64,000 nt of DNA from an uncultured Acidobacteriota bacterium (GCA_963804995.1 CAWDSK010000006.1:1344001-1408000); one strand, 5' to 3'. Positions 18,757 to 29,140 are shown, counted from the first letter of the stretch. The notes: generated by a model from the letters alone, not told the origin. Numbers and translations are program-made.

Positions 18757-19914
18757 ATGGGATTTCCTGCCGTCATTAACTTGAGAAGCCGCAACGGACT
18801 TTGCTCGGCTGCCCAGGCGGTATGCGCCGGCGTGCTCCTTTCGAGTCTGCTGACGCTCGGAGGCTGCGCCTCCAAATCCGCCGAGTCCCCGGCGATGAAG
18901 GGCGCCTTCCGCGCTCCCGTGACTGTCGCCAAGGCCGTGGCAAAAACCATGCCGGTCGAAGTAGCGGTCATCGGCAACGTGGAAGCCTATTCGAACGTCT
19001 CGGTGCGCACCCAGATGGCGGGAGAAATCGAACGCGCCTATTTCACCCAGGGCCAGGACGTAAAAAAGGGGCAACTGCTGTTCACCCTGGACCGCCGCCC
19101 CTTCGAAGCCACCTTGCACCAGTACGAGGCGAACCTGGCTCGCGATGAAGCGCAACTGGCCAACGCCCAGGCCCAGGCGGAACGCAACCGCAAGCTGTTC
19201 GAGGCCGGCATTACCTCCAAGGACCAGTACGAGACCATTCGCACCAGCGCGCAGGCACTCGCGGCCACGGTGCGCGCTGACCAGGCGGCCATTGAAAACG
19301 CCAAGGTGGACTTAAGCTACTGCTCGATTTATTCCCCCATCGACGGACGCACGGGAAGCTACCAAGTTTATCCCGGCAATATTGCAAAGGTAAGTGATAC
19401 GGTCCTGGTGGTCATCAATCAGATTCATCCCATCTACGTGACCTTCGCCGTGCCGGAGCTCCATCTCGCGGACGTCAAGAAGTACCAGGCGCTGGGCCCG
19501 GTGACGGTCGAGGCCCACATTCCCAACGACGCGCGGCCGCCGGCGGTCGGCCAACTCACCTTCATTGACAATGCCGTGGATATGACCACCGGCACCATCA
19601 AGATGCGCGCCACGTTCGAGAATCCCGACAATCGCCTCTGGCCGGGGCAGTTCGTGAACGTGATCATGCGCCTGACCACGCAGCCCAACTCGACCGTGGT
19701 GCCGTCACAGTGCGTGCAGACCGGCCCGGCGGGAAAATACCTTTTCGTGGTGAAACCCGACGAAACGGCGGACCTGCGTGTGGTGGTGGCGGGCGAAACG
19801 GTAGATGGCGAAACGGTGATTGAGAAAGGCGTCGAGCCCGGCGAAATGGTAGTGACCGACGGTCAGTTGCTGCTCGCCCCCGGATCGAAAGTCGAAATCA
19901 AAAAGGGAAGCTAG
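18757..19914 (+). CDS. RND efflux periplasmic adaptor (MdtA-like)
   Basis: lipobox LGGC, GQDVKKGQLL, SPIDGRTG, LWPGQFV. Confidence 0.92.
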   Translation: MGFPAVINLRSRNGLCSAAQAVCAGVLLSSLLTLGGCASKSAESPAMKGAFRAPVTVAKAVAKTMPVEVAVIGNVEAYSNVSVRTQMAGEIERAYFTQGQDVKKGQLLFTLDRRPFEATLHQYEANLARDEAQLANAQAQAERNRKLFEAGITSKDQYETIRTSAQALAATVRADQAAIENAKVDLSYCSIYSPIDGRTGSYQVYPGNIAKVSDTVLVVINQIHPIYVTFAVPELHLADVKKYQALGPVTVEAHIPNDARPPAVGQLTFIDNAVDMTTGTIKMRATFENPDNRLWPGQFVNVIMRLTTQPNSTVVPSQCVQTGPAGKYLFVVKPDETADLRVVVAGETVDGETVIEKGVEPGEMVVTDGQLLLAPGSKVEIKKGS

Positions 19915-19917
19915 AAG

Positions 19918-20170
19918 AAAAAGTCAAAAGGCAAAGGTCAAAAGGCAAAACCTCAGGGCGGACATCAATGATTGTAGATAAGCGCGATCTGGGGGAACGC
20001 CTTTTGAAGTATAGCGCGATTCTCTCAAAATCCGTGGCCACCGCCAAAGGAAAGGCCAAGGAAAACGCCCATGATTCGCCTTAGTTTTCCAGAGTTGCAG
20101 GGTCTGACCGCAGGTCGCCAGCGGGTTTTTACTTTTGAGTTTTGCGCTTTGCGTTTTGACTTTTGACTTG
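19918..20170. repeat. 7-mer inverted arrays (CAAAAGK / TTTTGMS) enclosing a deleted four-helix gene
   Basis: aagtcaaaaggcaaaggtcaaaaggcaaaa ... ttttacttttgagttttgcgctttgcgttttgacttttgactt. Confidence 0.75.
19968..20084 (+). pseudogene. internally deleted four helix bundle gene (38 aa, in frame)
   Basis: MIVDKRDLGERLLKYSA|ILSKSVATAKGKAKENAHDSP matches both ends of 16711-17088 (GERLLDYSA ... ISKAVATAKGKAK). Confidence 0.85.
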
Positions 20171-20198
20171 TATTTCGCTTTGTGCGGCACAGGGAATT

Positions 20199-23100
20199 AT
20201 GAATTTAGCGGAAATCTTCATCCGCCGGCCGATCATGACCACGCTCGCGATGGCGGCCATTCTGCTTTTCGGCATCATTGCGTACCGTGTCCTACCGGTC
20301 AGCGACCTGCCCAACGTGGATTACCCCACGATTCAGGTGCAAGCCTCCCTGCCCGGTGCGAGCCCGGAGACAATGGCCGCCGCCGTGGCCACCGTGCTCG
20401 AGCGCGAGTTCTCAACCATTGCCGGCCTTGAGGCCATGAGCTCCATGAGCACGCAAGGTGGCACGCAAATCACCTTGCAATTCAGCCTGAGCCGCAACAT
20501 TGACGCCGCCTCACAGGACGTGCAGGCCGCCATCGCGCGCGCGCAGGGCAGGCTTCCCTCCGACATGCCGGCGCCACCCTCCTACCAGAAAGTGAACCCC
20601 GCGGACCAGCCCATCCTCTACATGGCAGTCTATTCCGACACGCTTCCGCTCTCCACCGTCAACGAATACGCCGACACCCTGATGGCGCAGCGCATCTCGA
20701 TGATCAGCGGCGTGGCGCAAGTACAGGTGTACGGCTCGCAGAAGTATGCAGTGCGCGTCCAGCTCGATCCCCGAGCCCTGGCCGCGCGCGGCATCGGCAT
20801 TGACGAGGTGATGGATTCGGTCAAGAACGCCAACGTCAACCTGCCCACGGGAACGCTTTTCGGGACGCACAAATCCTATGTGGTCGAGGCCAACGGGCAG
20901 CTCAAGAACGCCGCTGCCTACCGGCCGCTGATCGTGGCTTATCGCAACGGCGCGCCGGTGCGCTTGGAAGCCCTGGGCCAGGTGATCGACGACGTACAGA
21001 ACAATAAGCTTGCCAACTGGTACAACGGCCAGCGCGCCGAGGTGCTCGCCATTTCGCGGCAACCCGGCACCAACACCGTGGAAGTGGTGGACAACATCCT
21101 GCGCCTGCTTCCCACCTTCCGCAAGGAGATCCCTCAGTCCGTTCGCCTGACCACCCTCTACGACCGCTCGATTTCTATTCGCGACTCGGTGGACGACGTC
21201 AAGTTTACGCTCTACCTGACGCTCGCCCTGGTGGTGATGGTCATCTTCCTGTTCCTGCGCAACGTGTCGGCCACGATTATCCCCAGCCTGGCGCTTCCCA
21301 TGTCCATCGTGGGCACGTTCTCGGTGATGTACCTTCTGGGCTACACCGTGGACAACCTTTCGCTGATGGCCCTGGTGCTGGCGGTGGGCTTTGTCGTGGA
21401 CGACGCCATCGTCATGCTTGAAAACATCGTGCGGCACCTGGAGATGGGCGAGGACATTCTGGAAGCAGCCCTCAATGGCTCGAAAGAAATCAGCTTCACG
21501 ATCTTTTCCATGACGCTGTCGCTGGCCGCCGTCTTCATTCCCGTGCTTTTCCTGGGGGGGATTATGGGGCGGCTGCTGCACGAGTTCTCAGTAACCATCA
21601 TTTCCGCCGTGCTGGTGTCAGGAGTGGTCTCGCTGACCCTGACGCCCATGCTGTGCAGCCGATTCCTGCGCCATGCCAAGCCCGAGGAACATGGTTTCCT
21701 GTTCAACCTTTTCGAGCGCGGCTTCCAGGCGATGCTCCATGCCTACGATTGGAGCCTCCAGAAGGTTTTGCGGTTCCGCTTTGCCACCCTGATGTTTTCC
21801 TTCGCCATCATGGCGGTCACGATCTATCTCTTCGTGAAGATTCCCAAGGGATTCCTCCCCAGCGAAGACAGCGGTTTGATCTTCGGGATCACCATGGCGC
21901 AGCAGGGCATCTCCTTCGACTCCATGAAGGAGCACCAGAAGGCCGTGGCCGACCTCATGGTGACGGACCCCTACGTCGAGAACGTCACGTCCTTTGCGGG
22001 CGCCGGTGGACCGGGGGGCGGGGGAAACTCTGGCTTCTTCTTCATGAGCTTAAAATCCCGCCCCAGCGGCCGCGCCCAGATGCTCAACTGGTTTAAGGGC
22101 CTGCTGCATATCCCCTACCCGCGCGATCCGAACCTGCGCTACATCGACACCGATCAGGTCATTCAGGAACTGCGGGGAAGACTGTTCCCGGTTCCCGGCA
22201 TCATGACCTTTATGCAAAACCCTCCGCCGATTGAAATCGGAGGACGCCTGACCAAGAGCCAGTACCAGTTCACGCTGCAAGGGCCGGATACCAAAGAACT
22301 CTATCGTGAAGGGCTTAATCTGGAAGGGGCGTTGCGGACGGTTCCGGGACTGCTGGACGTGACCACCGATATCCAGATGAACAACCCGCAAGTGAATGTG
22401 GATATCGACCGCGACAAGGCGAACGCCTTGGGCGTGTCGGCGTTCCAAGTGGAAAACGCTCTGGAAACAGCTTACAGCTCGCGCCAGGTTTCCACCATCT
22501 ACACGCCCAACAACGAGTACTGGGTCATCGCCGAACTCCTGCCGCAGTACCAACTGGATCCGCAAGCGCTCAGCATGCTTTACATTCGCTCGAGCGGCGG
22601 GCAGCTTGTACCCCTGAGCGCGGTCTCGAAGCTAAGCCAGTCGCTGGGCCCGCTGGTGGTGAATCACACCGGGCAGTTGCCGTCCGTCACGGTATCGTTC
22701 AATCTGAAGCCCGGCACGGCGCTGGGCGATGCCGTCGATAACGTGGGGCAGATCGCCCGGCAGACTTTGCCCTCCGATATCAGCGCCAACTTTGAGGGCA
22801 CCGCGCAGCAGTTTGAGTCCTCCCTGGTCGGCCTCAGCCTTTTGCTGGTCATCACTATCCTGGTGATTTACATCGTGCTGGGGATTTTGTACGAAAGCTT
22901 CATTCACCCCCTGACCATTCTCTCCGGCCTTCCCTCGGCGGCGCTGGGAGCGCTGCTCACGCTGATGTACTTCGGGTATCAGCTCGACCTTTACGGTTTT
23001 GTGGGCATCATCATGCTGATCGGCATCGTGAAGAAGAACGCCATCATGATGATTGATTTTGCCCTGGATGCGGAGAGGAATGCCGGCAAAAGTACGCAGG

Positions 23101-23396
23101 ATGCCATCTACTACGGAGCGCTGGTGCGCTTCCGTCCCATTATGATGACCACCATGGCGGCACTCATGGGGACGCTGCCCATCGCGGTAGGCTTAGGCGC
23201 GGGCGCGGATTCTCGCCGCCCGCTGGGCTTGTGCGTGGTGGGCGGGCTGGTGTTCTCCCAGTTCATCACCCTTTACATCACCCCTGTCTACTACACCTAC
23301 CTCGATTCGTTCCAGAAATGGCTGCAAAGATTAGGGAACAGGGAACAGGGAATAGGGAACAGGCGGAGGGAACAGGTTGTAGAGAATAGGCTCTAG
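20199..23396 (+). CDS. RND efflux permease (MdtB/C-like)
   Basis: FIRRPI, GFVVDDAIVMLENI, GIVKKNAIMMIDFA, RFRPIMMTT. Confidence 0.95.
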   Translation: MNLAEIFIRRPIMTTLAMAAILLFGIIAYRVLPVSDLPNVDYPTIQVQASLPGASPETMAAAVATVLEREFSTIAGLEAMSSMSTQGGTQITLQFSLSRNIDAASQDVQAAIARAQGRLPSDMPAPPSYQKVNPADQPILYMAVYSDTLPLSTVNEYADTLMAQRISMISGVAQVQVYGSQKYAVRVQLDPRALAARGIGIDEVMDSVKNANVNLPTGTLFGTHKSYVVEANGQLKNAAAYRPLIVAYRNGAPVRLEALGQVIDDVQNNKLANWYNGQRAEVLAISRQPGTNTVEVVDNILRLLPTFRKEIPQSVRLTTLYDRSISIRDSVDDVKFTLYLTLALVVMVIFLFLRNVSATIIPSLALPMSIVGTFSVMYLLGYTVDNLSLMALVLAVGFVVDDAIVMLENIVRHLEMGEDILEAALNGSKEISFTIFSMTLSLAAVFIPVLFLGGIMGRLLHEFSVTIISAVLVSGVVSLTLTPMLCSRFLRHAKPEEHGFLFNLFERGFQAMLHAYDWSLQKVLRFRFATLMFSFAIMAVTIYLFVKIPKGFLPSEDSGLIFGITMAQQGISFDSMKEHQKAVADLMVTDPYVENVTSFAGAGGPGGGGNSGFFFMSLKSRPSGRAQMLNWFKGLLHIPYPRDPNLRYIDTDQVIQELRGRLFPVPGIMTFMQNPPPIEIGGRLTKSQYQFTLQGPDTKELYREGLNLEGALRTVPGLLDVTTDIQMNNPQVNVDIDRDKANALGVSAFQVENALETAYSSRQVSTIYTPNNEYWVIAELLPQYQLDPQALSMLYIRSSGGQLVPLSAVSKLSQSLGPLVVNHTGQLPSVTVSFNLKPGTALGDAVDNVGQIARQTLPSDISANFEGTAQQFESSLVGLSLLLVITILVIYIVLGILYESFIHPLTILSGLPSAALGALLTLMYFGYQLDLYGFVGIIMLIGIVKKNAIMMIDFALDAERNAGKSTQDAIYYGALVRFRPIMMTTMAALMGTLPIAVGLGAGADSRRPLGLCVVGGLVFSQFITLYITPVYYTYLDSFQKWLQRLGNREQGIGNRRREQVVENRL

Positions 23397-23975
23397 GGAA
23401 CAGGGAACAGGAAAGAAAAAAGATGGCTCAGTCGCACCGGGATCTTATTGTTTGGCAAAAGGCGATGGACCTTGCCGTGGCCGTTTACGGGTTAGCCGGG
23501 AAATTTCCGCCAAAGGAGACATATCGCCTCGGCTCGCAGATTACCCGGGCTGCTGCTTCGGTCCCCGCCAACATTGCGGAAGGAAATGCGCGAGGTACAA
23601 GGCGGGACTATGCCAATTTCTTGTCGACGGCAAAGGGCTCGCTGATGGAAACCGAAACGTTCCTTATGCTGGCGGTCCGCCTGAAATTCCTGACCCAGGG
23701 TGAGACAACACTGGCATTGAGCCTCGTGACCGAGATCAGTAAGATGCTTACCGCCCTACGCAGCCGCCTGCTTGCCAATACCGAGTAAGCCTGTTTCCTG
23801 TTCTTTACCCTGTTCTTTACCCTGTTCTTTACCCTGTTCTTTACCCTGTTCTCTTCCCGCCGTCCTGTTCCCTGTTCCCTATTCCCTGTTCCCTCTTTTG
23901 TTCCCTATTCCCTAGTCCGTTCTTTCGCTCTGTTCCCTATTCCCTATTCCCTGTTCCCTTCCGCCCTGTTCCCTA
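23333..23975. repeat. AGGGAAC / GTTCCCT inverted 7-mer arrays framing four-helix gene 2, plus a 12-bp tandem repeat
   Basis: arrays at 23333-23411 and 23864-23975; CCTGTTCTTTAC x4 plus a partial copy at 23797-23852. Confidence 0.85.
23423..23788 (+). CDS. four helix bundle protein (23S rRNA IVP family)
   Basis: HRDLIVWQKAM, FP..E.Y.L.SQI.RAAASVPANIAEG, AKGSL.E.ET. Confidence 0.93.
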   Translation: MAQSHRDLIVWQKAMDLAVAVYGLAGKFPPKETYRLGSQITRAAASVPANIAEGNARGTRRDYANFLSTAKGSLMETETFLMLAVRLKFLTQGETTLALSLVTEISKMLTALRSRLLANTE

Positions 23976-26698
23976 GTACTTACGTTCCACCCATCGACCG
24001 AAACAACCGCCCCCCCTGTGCCCAAATCTTTGTGGGAATAGGTCGCCGTCACTTCCCGGGTTTCCCCTGGCATCAACTCAATGAAGTTATCGGTCCAGAA
24101 GGTGGGGATCAATTCCGGTCCACCCTTGCCCTTCAGGACACGCAGATGGACGGAAAAAGCTAGCGCCGGACTCGGGTTCACCAGGGTGACGCGGACCGTA
24201 TCCTTGTCATCGTGGGATTCGGTTTTGGTTTGGAGATTCAGGGTGGCCATGGGAAGGCGGCTCAATCCTGTCACGTCGGAATAGGCGGTAATCGGCGTGG
24301 AGTGCTCACGGAAAGTTTCCCAATCATATTGATCGGGCTTGGTGGAGAGCCAGTAGAAGTTCGAACTCTCCACTTCACCCTGCGCGTCGCGGAGCGTGAG
24401 CTTAAGAAAGTAGGTGGTAGTCAGTCCCTCAAGCTTGGGAATGACGAGAATCCGCGTACTGCTATCCGCGGGAACGTTCGCCTCGGCCGACTTTGAAAAT
24501 CTGGGCTTGAGGTCCAGATCGAAGAGATGAGCTTCCACGCGCAGGCCATCAAAGTTGCGATAAAGCGAGTTCACAACCACCACCGAATCGTCATCGTAGG
24601 AGTACTGAACGTGGAGGGGCTCGCAGGCTTTCTTGGTTCCGTAATAGGCGCCGCCCGTCCGCAAGTAGTAGTCGTAAAGATTCCACACGATGGTGGGCCA
24701 GGCGTTATTCAGCATCCATTGGATCACGCCGGTCGCAACGTATTTATTGCGCCCATAGGCCTCAAACATGGCGCGTTCGCTTTCGTAATCCATCACCTGA
24801 GCCTTGCGCAGGAAGTCATGAAGGTCGGCAGCGGGGCCGTAGCGCGCGTTCATCCCGTCGCGGTAAGCTCCCAGCATCTTCCGCCGGCATTCTTCGCCAT
24901 CCGCATGGAGCAGCCAAACCTCGTTAATCGGCCACAGCTTATCATCCGGCAGGAACTCCTTGAGGCTTTCGAGCACCGGTATGGTTACTCCCGGACTCGT
25001 CTCCGTATTGAATCCCCAACCGCCGCCGCGCTTGTTGGGGTCAAGCAGCCAATAGCTCGGTGGGATGTAGTCGTAGGGGCCCCAGTGTCCGTTCGTCTGC
25101 CCTTTGAATCCCGGCAGTCCAGTCAGGGATGACCGGGTTGCGTCAGAGGTATTTTCATACGGGTTAGGCCAGTGGGTATCGTGAAGCACCTGGAGGTAGA
25201 TATTCTCAACCCGCGGTGGCGGCGCCTTGTCGCTTCCGTACATCCAGTCCAGCACACAAGGATGGTTTTGCAGCCGGTGGAGTTCGTCGCGCAGGGAGGC
25301 GCCGGCCACCGCAAAATTTTCAGGCTTCCAACTTTCCCACATCTCCCACTGGTCGCAGCAGCACCAGCCCGCCATCACCAGGATTCCATAGCGGTCGCAC
25401 AGATCGAAAAAGTGGTCGGTTTCAATTTTCCCTTCCAGACGCAGGGCGTTCAAATGCATGTCGCGCACATACTGAATCTCAAGCTCGGTCTTTTCCGGAT
25501 TTTCCCGCAGCATCATGTCCGGCGCCCAGCCCCCGCCGCGAATAAGAAGCCTCTTGCCATTAACCGCGAATTCGATGTCGCCATGCGCGTTGATGCGGGA
25601 AGTGACCTGCCGCACGCCGAATTGAACTTCCTTGCGATCGGAGACTTGGTTTCCCGCCTCAAATTCCAGATCCAGCTTGTACAAGTTCTGTGGCCCAAGG
25701 TCGATCGGCCACCACAGGCGCGGATTGTGCAGATTGAGCTGCGAGAATTGGGTGGGAGCAAAGGTAATCTCGCGAGTCTCCCCGGCGTTGAGGTGAACCG
25801 GCTGGTGGAACTCCACCTCGCCGATCCGCCCTTTAAGCGTGCCGTCGATGGGCTCGCGCGCGGCGTTTTCCAAGCTCGTGCGGACGGTCAAGTGTGCCAC
25901 CTCGAGCGCGGGCAAATCGAAATGGGTAACCACTTGCGGATCACGCAGAGCCACCGGCCCCGTCGAAGTAAGGTAGGCCGGCCGCCACAGCCCCATGTCC
26001 TTATCCGGAGGGGCAGGGTTCCAATCGACCCAGGTAATCCCCAGCTCATCGGCTTCGGGCGGCGTCACTTCGACGGCCAACACGTTCTCACCGCCGGCGT
26101 GAACCAGGCTGGTTACATCAAAACGGTAGAGCCGCCACGCCCCGGCCACCTGGTCCGCGCCCGCTACCTTGTGGCCATTCAGCCAGATTTCGGCGCGATA
26201 GTTGATCCCATCAAAGTGCAGCCAAATGCGCCTGTTTTGCCATTCCGGTGAGAGTTGGAATTCCTTGCGGTACCACCAGGCAGGCTTGAAGGGACTGTCG
26301 GTAGGCATGGGAAGATTCGAAAAATTCTCCCCTTCAGAGGGGCTCGGCGCCTTCGCGTCGCGCTTGGGGTTTTCGTTCAGCCACGATGCCAGGTAGTTTG
26401 ACCCAGGAAGGGAGGCAAGATTCTTCCCAAAGTAGGGATCGGGATACACGCCGTGGTGTACCAAAGCCGCGAGCACGGTGGATGGAACCTTGGTGGGTAT
26501 CCAACTCCCAGGTTTGAAAGAGGGCGTGGAAACAACTTCTCCGGTTTCGTGAACCAGCGCCGAGGATTGAATCAACCAACCCTCTTCCAGCGCCCAGCGC
26601 GTCCCGCCCGATTCATTTGCCGGCGTTGATTGACACTGGCCGAAACCCGCCAGGGCCAGAATAAGTACGATCGAAGCAAACGTGCATCGAGTTCTCAT
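23912..26698 (-). CDS. GH2 glycosidase, exo-beta-D-glucosaminidase-like
   Basis: signal peptide; FDGINYRA, LIRGGGW, RLEGK, GWCCCD, GPYDY, WMLNNAWP. Confidence 0.85.
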   Translation of the reverse strand: MRTRCTFASIVLILALAGFGQCQSTPANESGGTRWALEEGWLIQSSALVHETGEVVSTPSFKPGSWIPTKVPSTVLAALVHHGVYPDPYFGKNLASLPGSNYLASWLNENPKRDAKAPSPSEGENFSNLPMPTDSPFKPAWWYRKEFQLSPEWQNRRIWLHFDGINYRAEIWLNGHKVAGADQVAGAWRLYRFDVTSLVHAGGENVLAVEVTPPEADELGITWVDWNPAPPDKDMGLWRPAYLTSTGPVALRDPQVVTHFDLPALEVAHLTVRTSLENAAREPIDGTLKGRIGEVEFHQPVHLNAGETREITFAPTQFSQLNLHNPRLWWPIDLGPQNLYKLDLEFEAGNQVSDRKEVQFGVRQVTSRINAHGDIEFAVNGKRLLIRGGGWAPDMMLRENPEKTELEIQYVRDMHLNALRLEGKIETDHFFDLCDRYGILVMAGWCCCDQWEMWESWKPENFAVAGASLRDELHRLQNHPCVLDWMYGSDKAPPPRVENIYLQVLHDTHWPNPYENTSDATRSSLTGLPGFKGQTNGHWGPYDYIPPSYWLLDPNKRGGGWGFNTETSPGVTIPVLESLKEFLPDDKLWPINEVWLLHADGEECRRKMLGAYRDGMNARYGPAADLHDFLRKAQVMDYESERAMFEAYGRNKYVATGVIQWMLNNAWPTIVWNLYDYYLRTGGAYYGTKKACEPLHVQYSYDDDSVVVVNSLYRNFDGLRVEAHLFDLDLKPRFSKSAEANVPADSSTRILVIPKLEGLTTTYFLKLTLRDAQGEVESSNFYWLSTKPDQYDWETFREHSTPITAYSDVTGLSRLPMATLNLQTKTESHDDKDTVRVTLVNPSPALAFSVHLRVLKGKGGPELIPTFWTDNFIELMPGETREVTATYSHKDLGTGGAVVSVDGWNVSTREQGGREQGIGNREQSERTD

Positions 26699-26767
26699 GA
26701 CTTTTGACCCCAATATGATTCCCCTTTAGAGCTTGGTAAAGAATTTGGACGCGTTGTTCACAACCCT

Positions 26768-26939
26768 TGCTTGCTCAACCTAGCGGGATAGAAATTGAAA
26801 TCATAGCCCTCTCCGAGGGGAGAGGGTGGACCGCCGCCGGCGTTTTCATCAGCCGGGGCGGGACGGGCCTACGCCCACCGAAGGGCCACCTCGGATACGT
26901 AACCCACTTCGGCTCCGGCCCGCAGGCGGGTGAGGGGTC
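26768..26939 (+). repeat. REP-like element R2 with an inserted hairpin module
   Basis: ATTGAAATCATAGCCCTCTCC...GAGAGGGTGG...CGTTTTCATCAGCCGGGGCGGGACGGG[insert]TGAGGGG. Confidence 0.8.
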
Positions 26940-27020
26940 ACTTCACCACCCTATGAGTGGACCCGCACTCACCTTCGGAACAGGCAGCGTCATTTCTGGT
27001 TTGATTGCCGCCACGCCGCC

Positions 27021-27959
27021 CTACGGAACAAGCCTGCCCAATTCTCGCCAACCGATGACGGTAATGTGCCGGCTGCGCAGCGCCTCTTTGAAGACGGGAT
27101 TACCCACCAGATCGAAATCCCGTTGCCGCCACTTGGCGTCCCAGCCGGTATTAACCACGGTGATGGCTTGGAGTTCCTGGTCGTCGTAACCGAGGTGCAC
27201 AATCATCTGGTTGAGGCCCGGCACCACCCGATCGAGCATGCGCACGTATGAGTCGACCCATTGGTCGGGGGGGACATGATAGTTGGGCTCAAGAAACCGA
27301 TCCAGAATAATGTCCTGGGGCGACACCAGGGAAAGCCATCCCTTTTTGTCGAGGTCAGGGCGGCCGCAGCGGAAGGGCAGATGAAATTCATGCGCCACTC
27401 TGACCATGGCCGCGAAAAAATCCATGCGGTCCTCGATGGTTGCCTCGTGGCTGTCCACGTGGGTGGGCTGCAAACCCATCCGCAGGGCCTGCTCGATCTG
27501 TGCGCGAATCTCTCGTTCAACGTCCTCAGCCTCCCCGTGCTGGACGGTTAAGGTCGAATCCCACCACAAATAGCGGTCCGGGTCCAGCAGGCTCTTCACT
27601 TGATCGCGCGGCGACTGCGGACCCCAACGAAAAGGCTTCCACTCACTGTTGAGCGTCAGATGGAGGCCAATGTCCGCCTCCGGATGCTGATGAGCATACT
27701 CGACAACTTCGGGGAACCATGGGCAAGGCACCATCACGCTAGCCGAGCTCACATTATGCTCCTCAAGCGCACGGAAACTCGCCAGGTCAACGGAATGCGC
27801 CACCGCAAGATCGTCAGCGTGAATAATCAGCAGCTTCGCATCCCGAGGATAGCCCAGCCGCTCTGCGATGGTCGGGGACTGAGCATGAGTCGTGGAGCCA
27901 GCCCAGAACACGCTGAGCAACAACCCCATCAAAGCCATGAAGGAAAAATTCAGTTTCAT
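27021..27959 (-). CDS. YdjC/ChbG-family carbohydrate deacetylase, secreted
   Basis: LIIHADD, GLHLTL.SEW, THVDSH, H.GYD; signal peptide. Confidence 0.85.
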   Translation of the reverse strand: MKLNFSFMALMGLLLSVFWAGSTTHAQSPTIAERLGYPRDAKLLIIHADDLAVAHSVDLASFRALEEHNVSSASVMVPCPWFPEVVEYAHQHPEADIGLHLTLNSEWKPFRWGPQSPRDQVKSLLDPDRYLWWDSTLTVQHGEAEDVEREIRAQIEQALRMGLQPTHVDSHEATIEDRMDFFAAMVRVAHEFHLPFRCGRPDLDKKGWLSLVSPQDIILDRFLEPNYHVPPDQWVDSYVRMLDRVVPGLNQMIVHLGYDDQELQAITVVNTGWDAKWRQRDFDLVGNPVFKEALRSRHITVIGWRELGRLVP

Positions 27960-28032
27960 TCTCACACCCAATCTCCCTGTTGAGCCCGGGATTCTCACCA
28001 AGGCATTGGAAGCAAGCAGCGCTGCCGCTATA

Positions 28033-28224
28033 TGCTTGCTCAACCTCACGAAATGGATATTGAAATCATAGCCCTCTCCAAGGGGTCGTAGATCCGCCGT
28101 GGCGGAAGAGGGTGGCCCGCCGCCGGCGTTTTCATCAGCCGGGGCGGGACGGGCCTACGCCCACCGAAGGGGCACCCGGGAACAGTAAACAACCTCAGCT
28201 TCGGCCCGCAGGCGGGTGAGGGGT
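28033..28224 (+). repeat. REP-like element R3, direct repeat of R2
   Basis: same leader TGCTTGCTCAACCT and body as R2, with an extra insert tcgtagatccgccgtggcgga. Confidence 0.8.
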
Positions 28225-28279
28225 TACTTCGCCACCTGCCGGATAACCAGTCGCCGGTCCACCGTAACCTCGCATCCGC

Positions 28280-28636
28280 TCAAGTCCGCATTCCCGCGGC
28301 GGCGGCATTTTCCTCGAAATGTTTCACTTCCTCCTCGCTTGCCCGCAGCGCGTGACGCAAGAAATCCTTTTCCTCCAGCGTGTACGGATAGATCGCGTAG
28401 TTCACCCAGGGGTCGGCGCCGGCGCTCGAATGGTCGCTCAGCATTCGGGTAATGCGCAGCCGCTTGTACAAGGCTTCATCCATCAAGCCCTTCTCCTCCA
28501 GCACGCCTTTCATGATGACGAGATCCTGCACGGCGCTGTTCAGCGTATAGCGCAGGTCCTGGATCTGCTGGCTCAATTCCTCCAGCGACTTGGGTGTCAA
28601 GAACAGCCGGAATAATCTTTCTTGAAAGAAGCTCAC
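28280..28636 (-). CDS. hypothetical protein
   Basis: GGAGGAGG RBS, 118 aa, helical composition. Confidence 0.65.
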   Translation of the reverse strand: MSFFQERLFRLFLTPKSLEELSQQIQDLRYTLNSAVQDLVIMKGVLEEKGLMDEALYKRLRITRMLSDHSSAGADPWVNYAIYPYTLEEKDFLRHALRASEEEVKHFEENAAAAGMRT

Positions 28637-28774
28637 AATTTCCTCCTCCCAAACGCAAAGCGGGGTGGGATTGCCGTCGCCATAGTCTACAACGAGCCGC
28701 GGCTGAAAACATTTGTGGCGTGAACCGCAGACTCAAAGAGCCGATCCGCGCTACACTTGCCCTGGGAGGAAAAC

Positions 28775-29140
28775 ATGGAACGGCAGGAAATGATCGCCAT
28801 CGACACGACCACGATGCCGTGGGAAGAAAAGTATCAGCCGGCCCTCGGCAAAAGCAACTACCTCAAGCGCTTGCTCCAGGACCCGGACACGGGCATGGAG
28901 GTCAGGCTGGTTCGCTACCCCGCCGGCTTCGTGACCACGTGGCACACCCACTCCTGCGCCCACGGCATGTACGTGCTGGAAGGCACTCTGGTCACTCACG
29001 CGGGCAGCTATGGTCCGGGCGCCTTCGTCTGGTTTCCGGAAGGCATGCTGATGGAGCATGGCGCCACCGCGGACAAGGAAGTGGTGGCCGTGTTCATCAC
29101 CAATAAGAAGTTCGATATTCACTTCGTGGAAAAGAAATAG
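28775..29140 (+). CDS. cupin-domain protein (ChrR-like)
   Basis: GGAGG RBS; YPAG...HTH, MYVLEG, P.G..MEHG. Confidence 0.8.
   Translation: MERQEMIAIDTTTMPWEEKYQPALGKSNYLKRLLQDPDTGMEVRLVRYPAGFVTTWHTHSCAHGMYVLEGTLVTHAGSYGPGAFVWFPEGMLMEHGATADKEVVAVFITNKKFDIHFVEKK

Noticed and set aside
16711..23788. Diversity-generating retroelement suggested by Avd-like four-helix genes
   Set aside because: No reverse transcriptase and no TR/VR pair with adenine-specific mismatches was seen.
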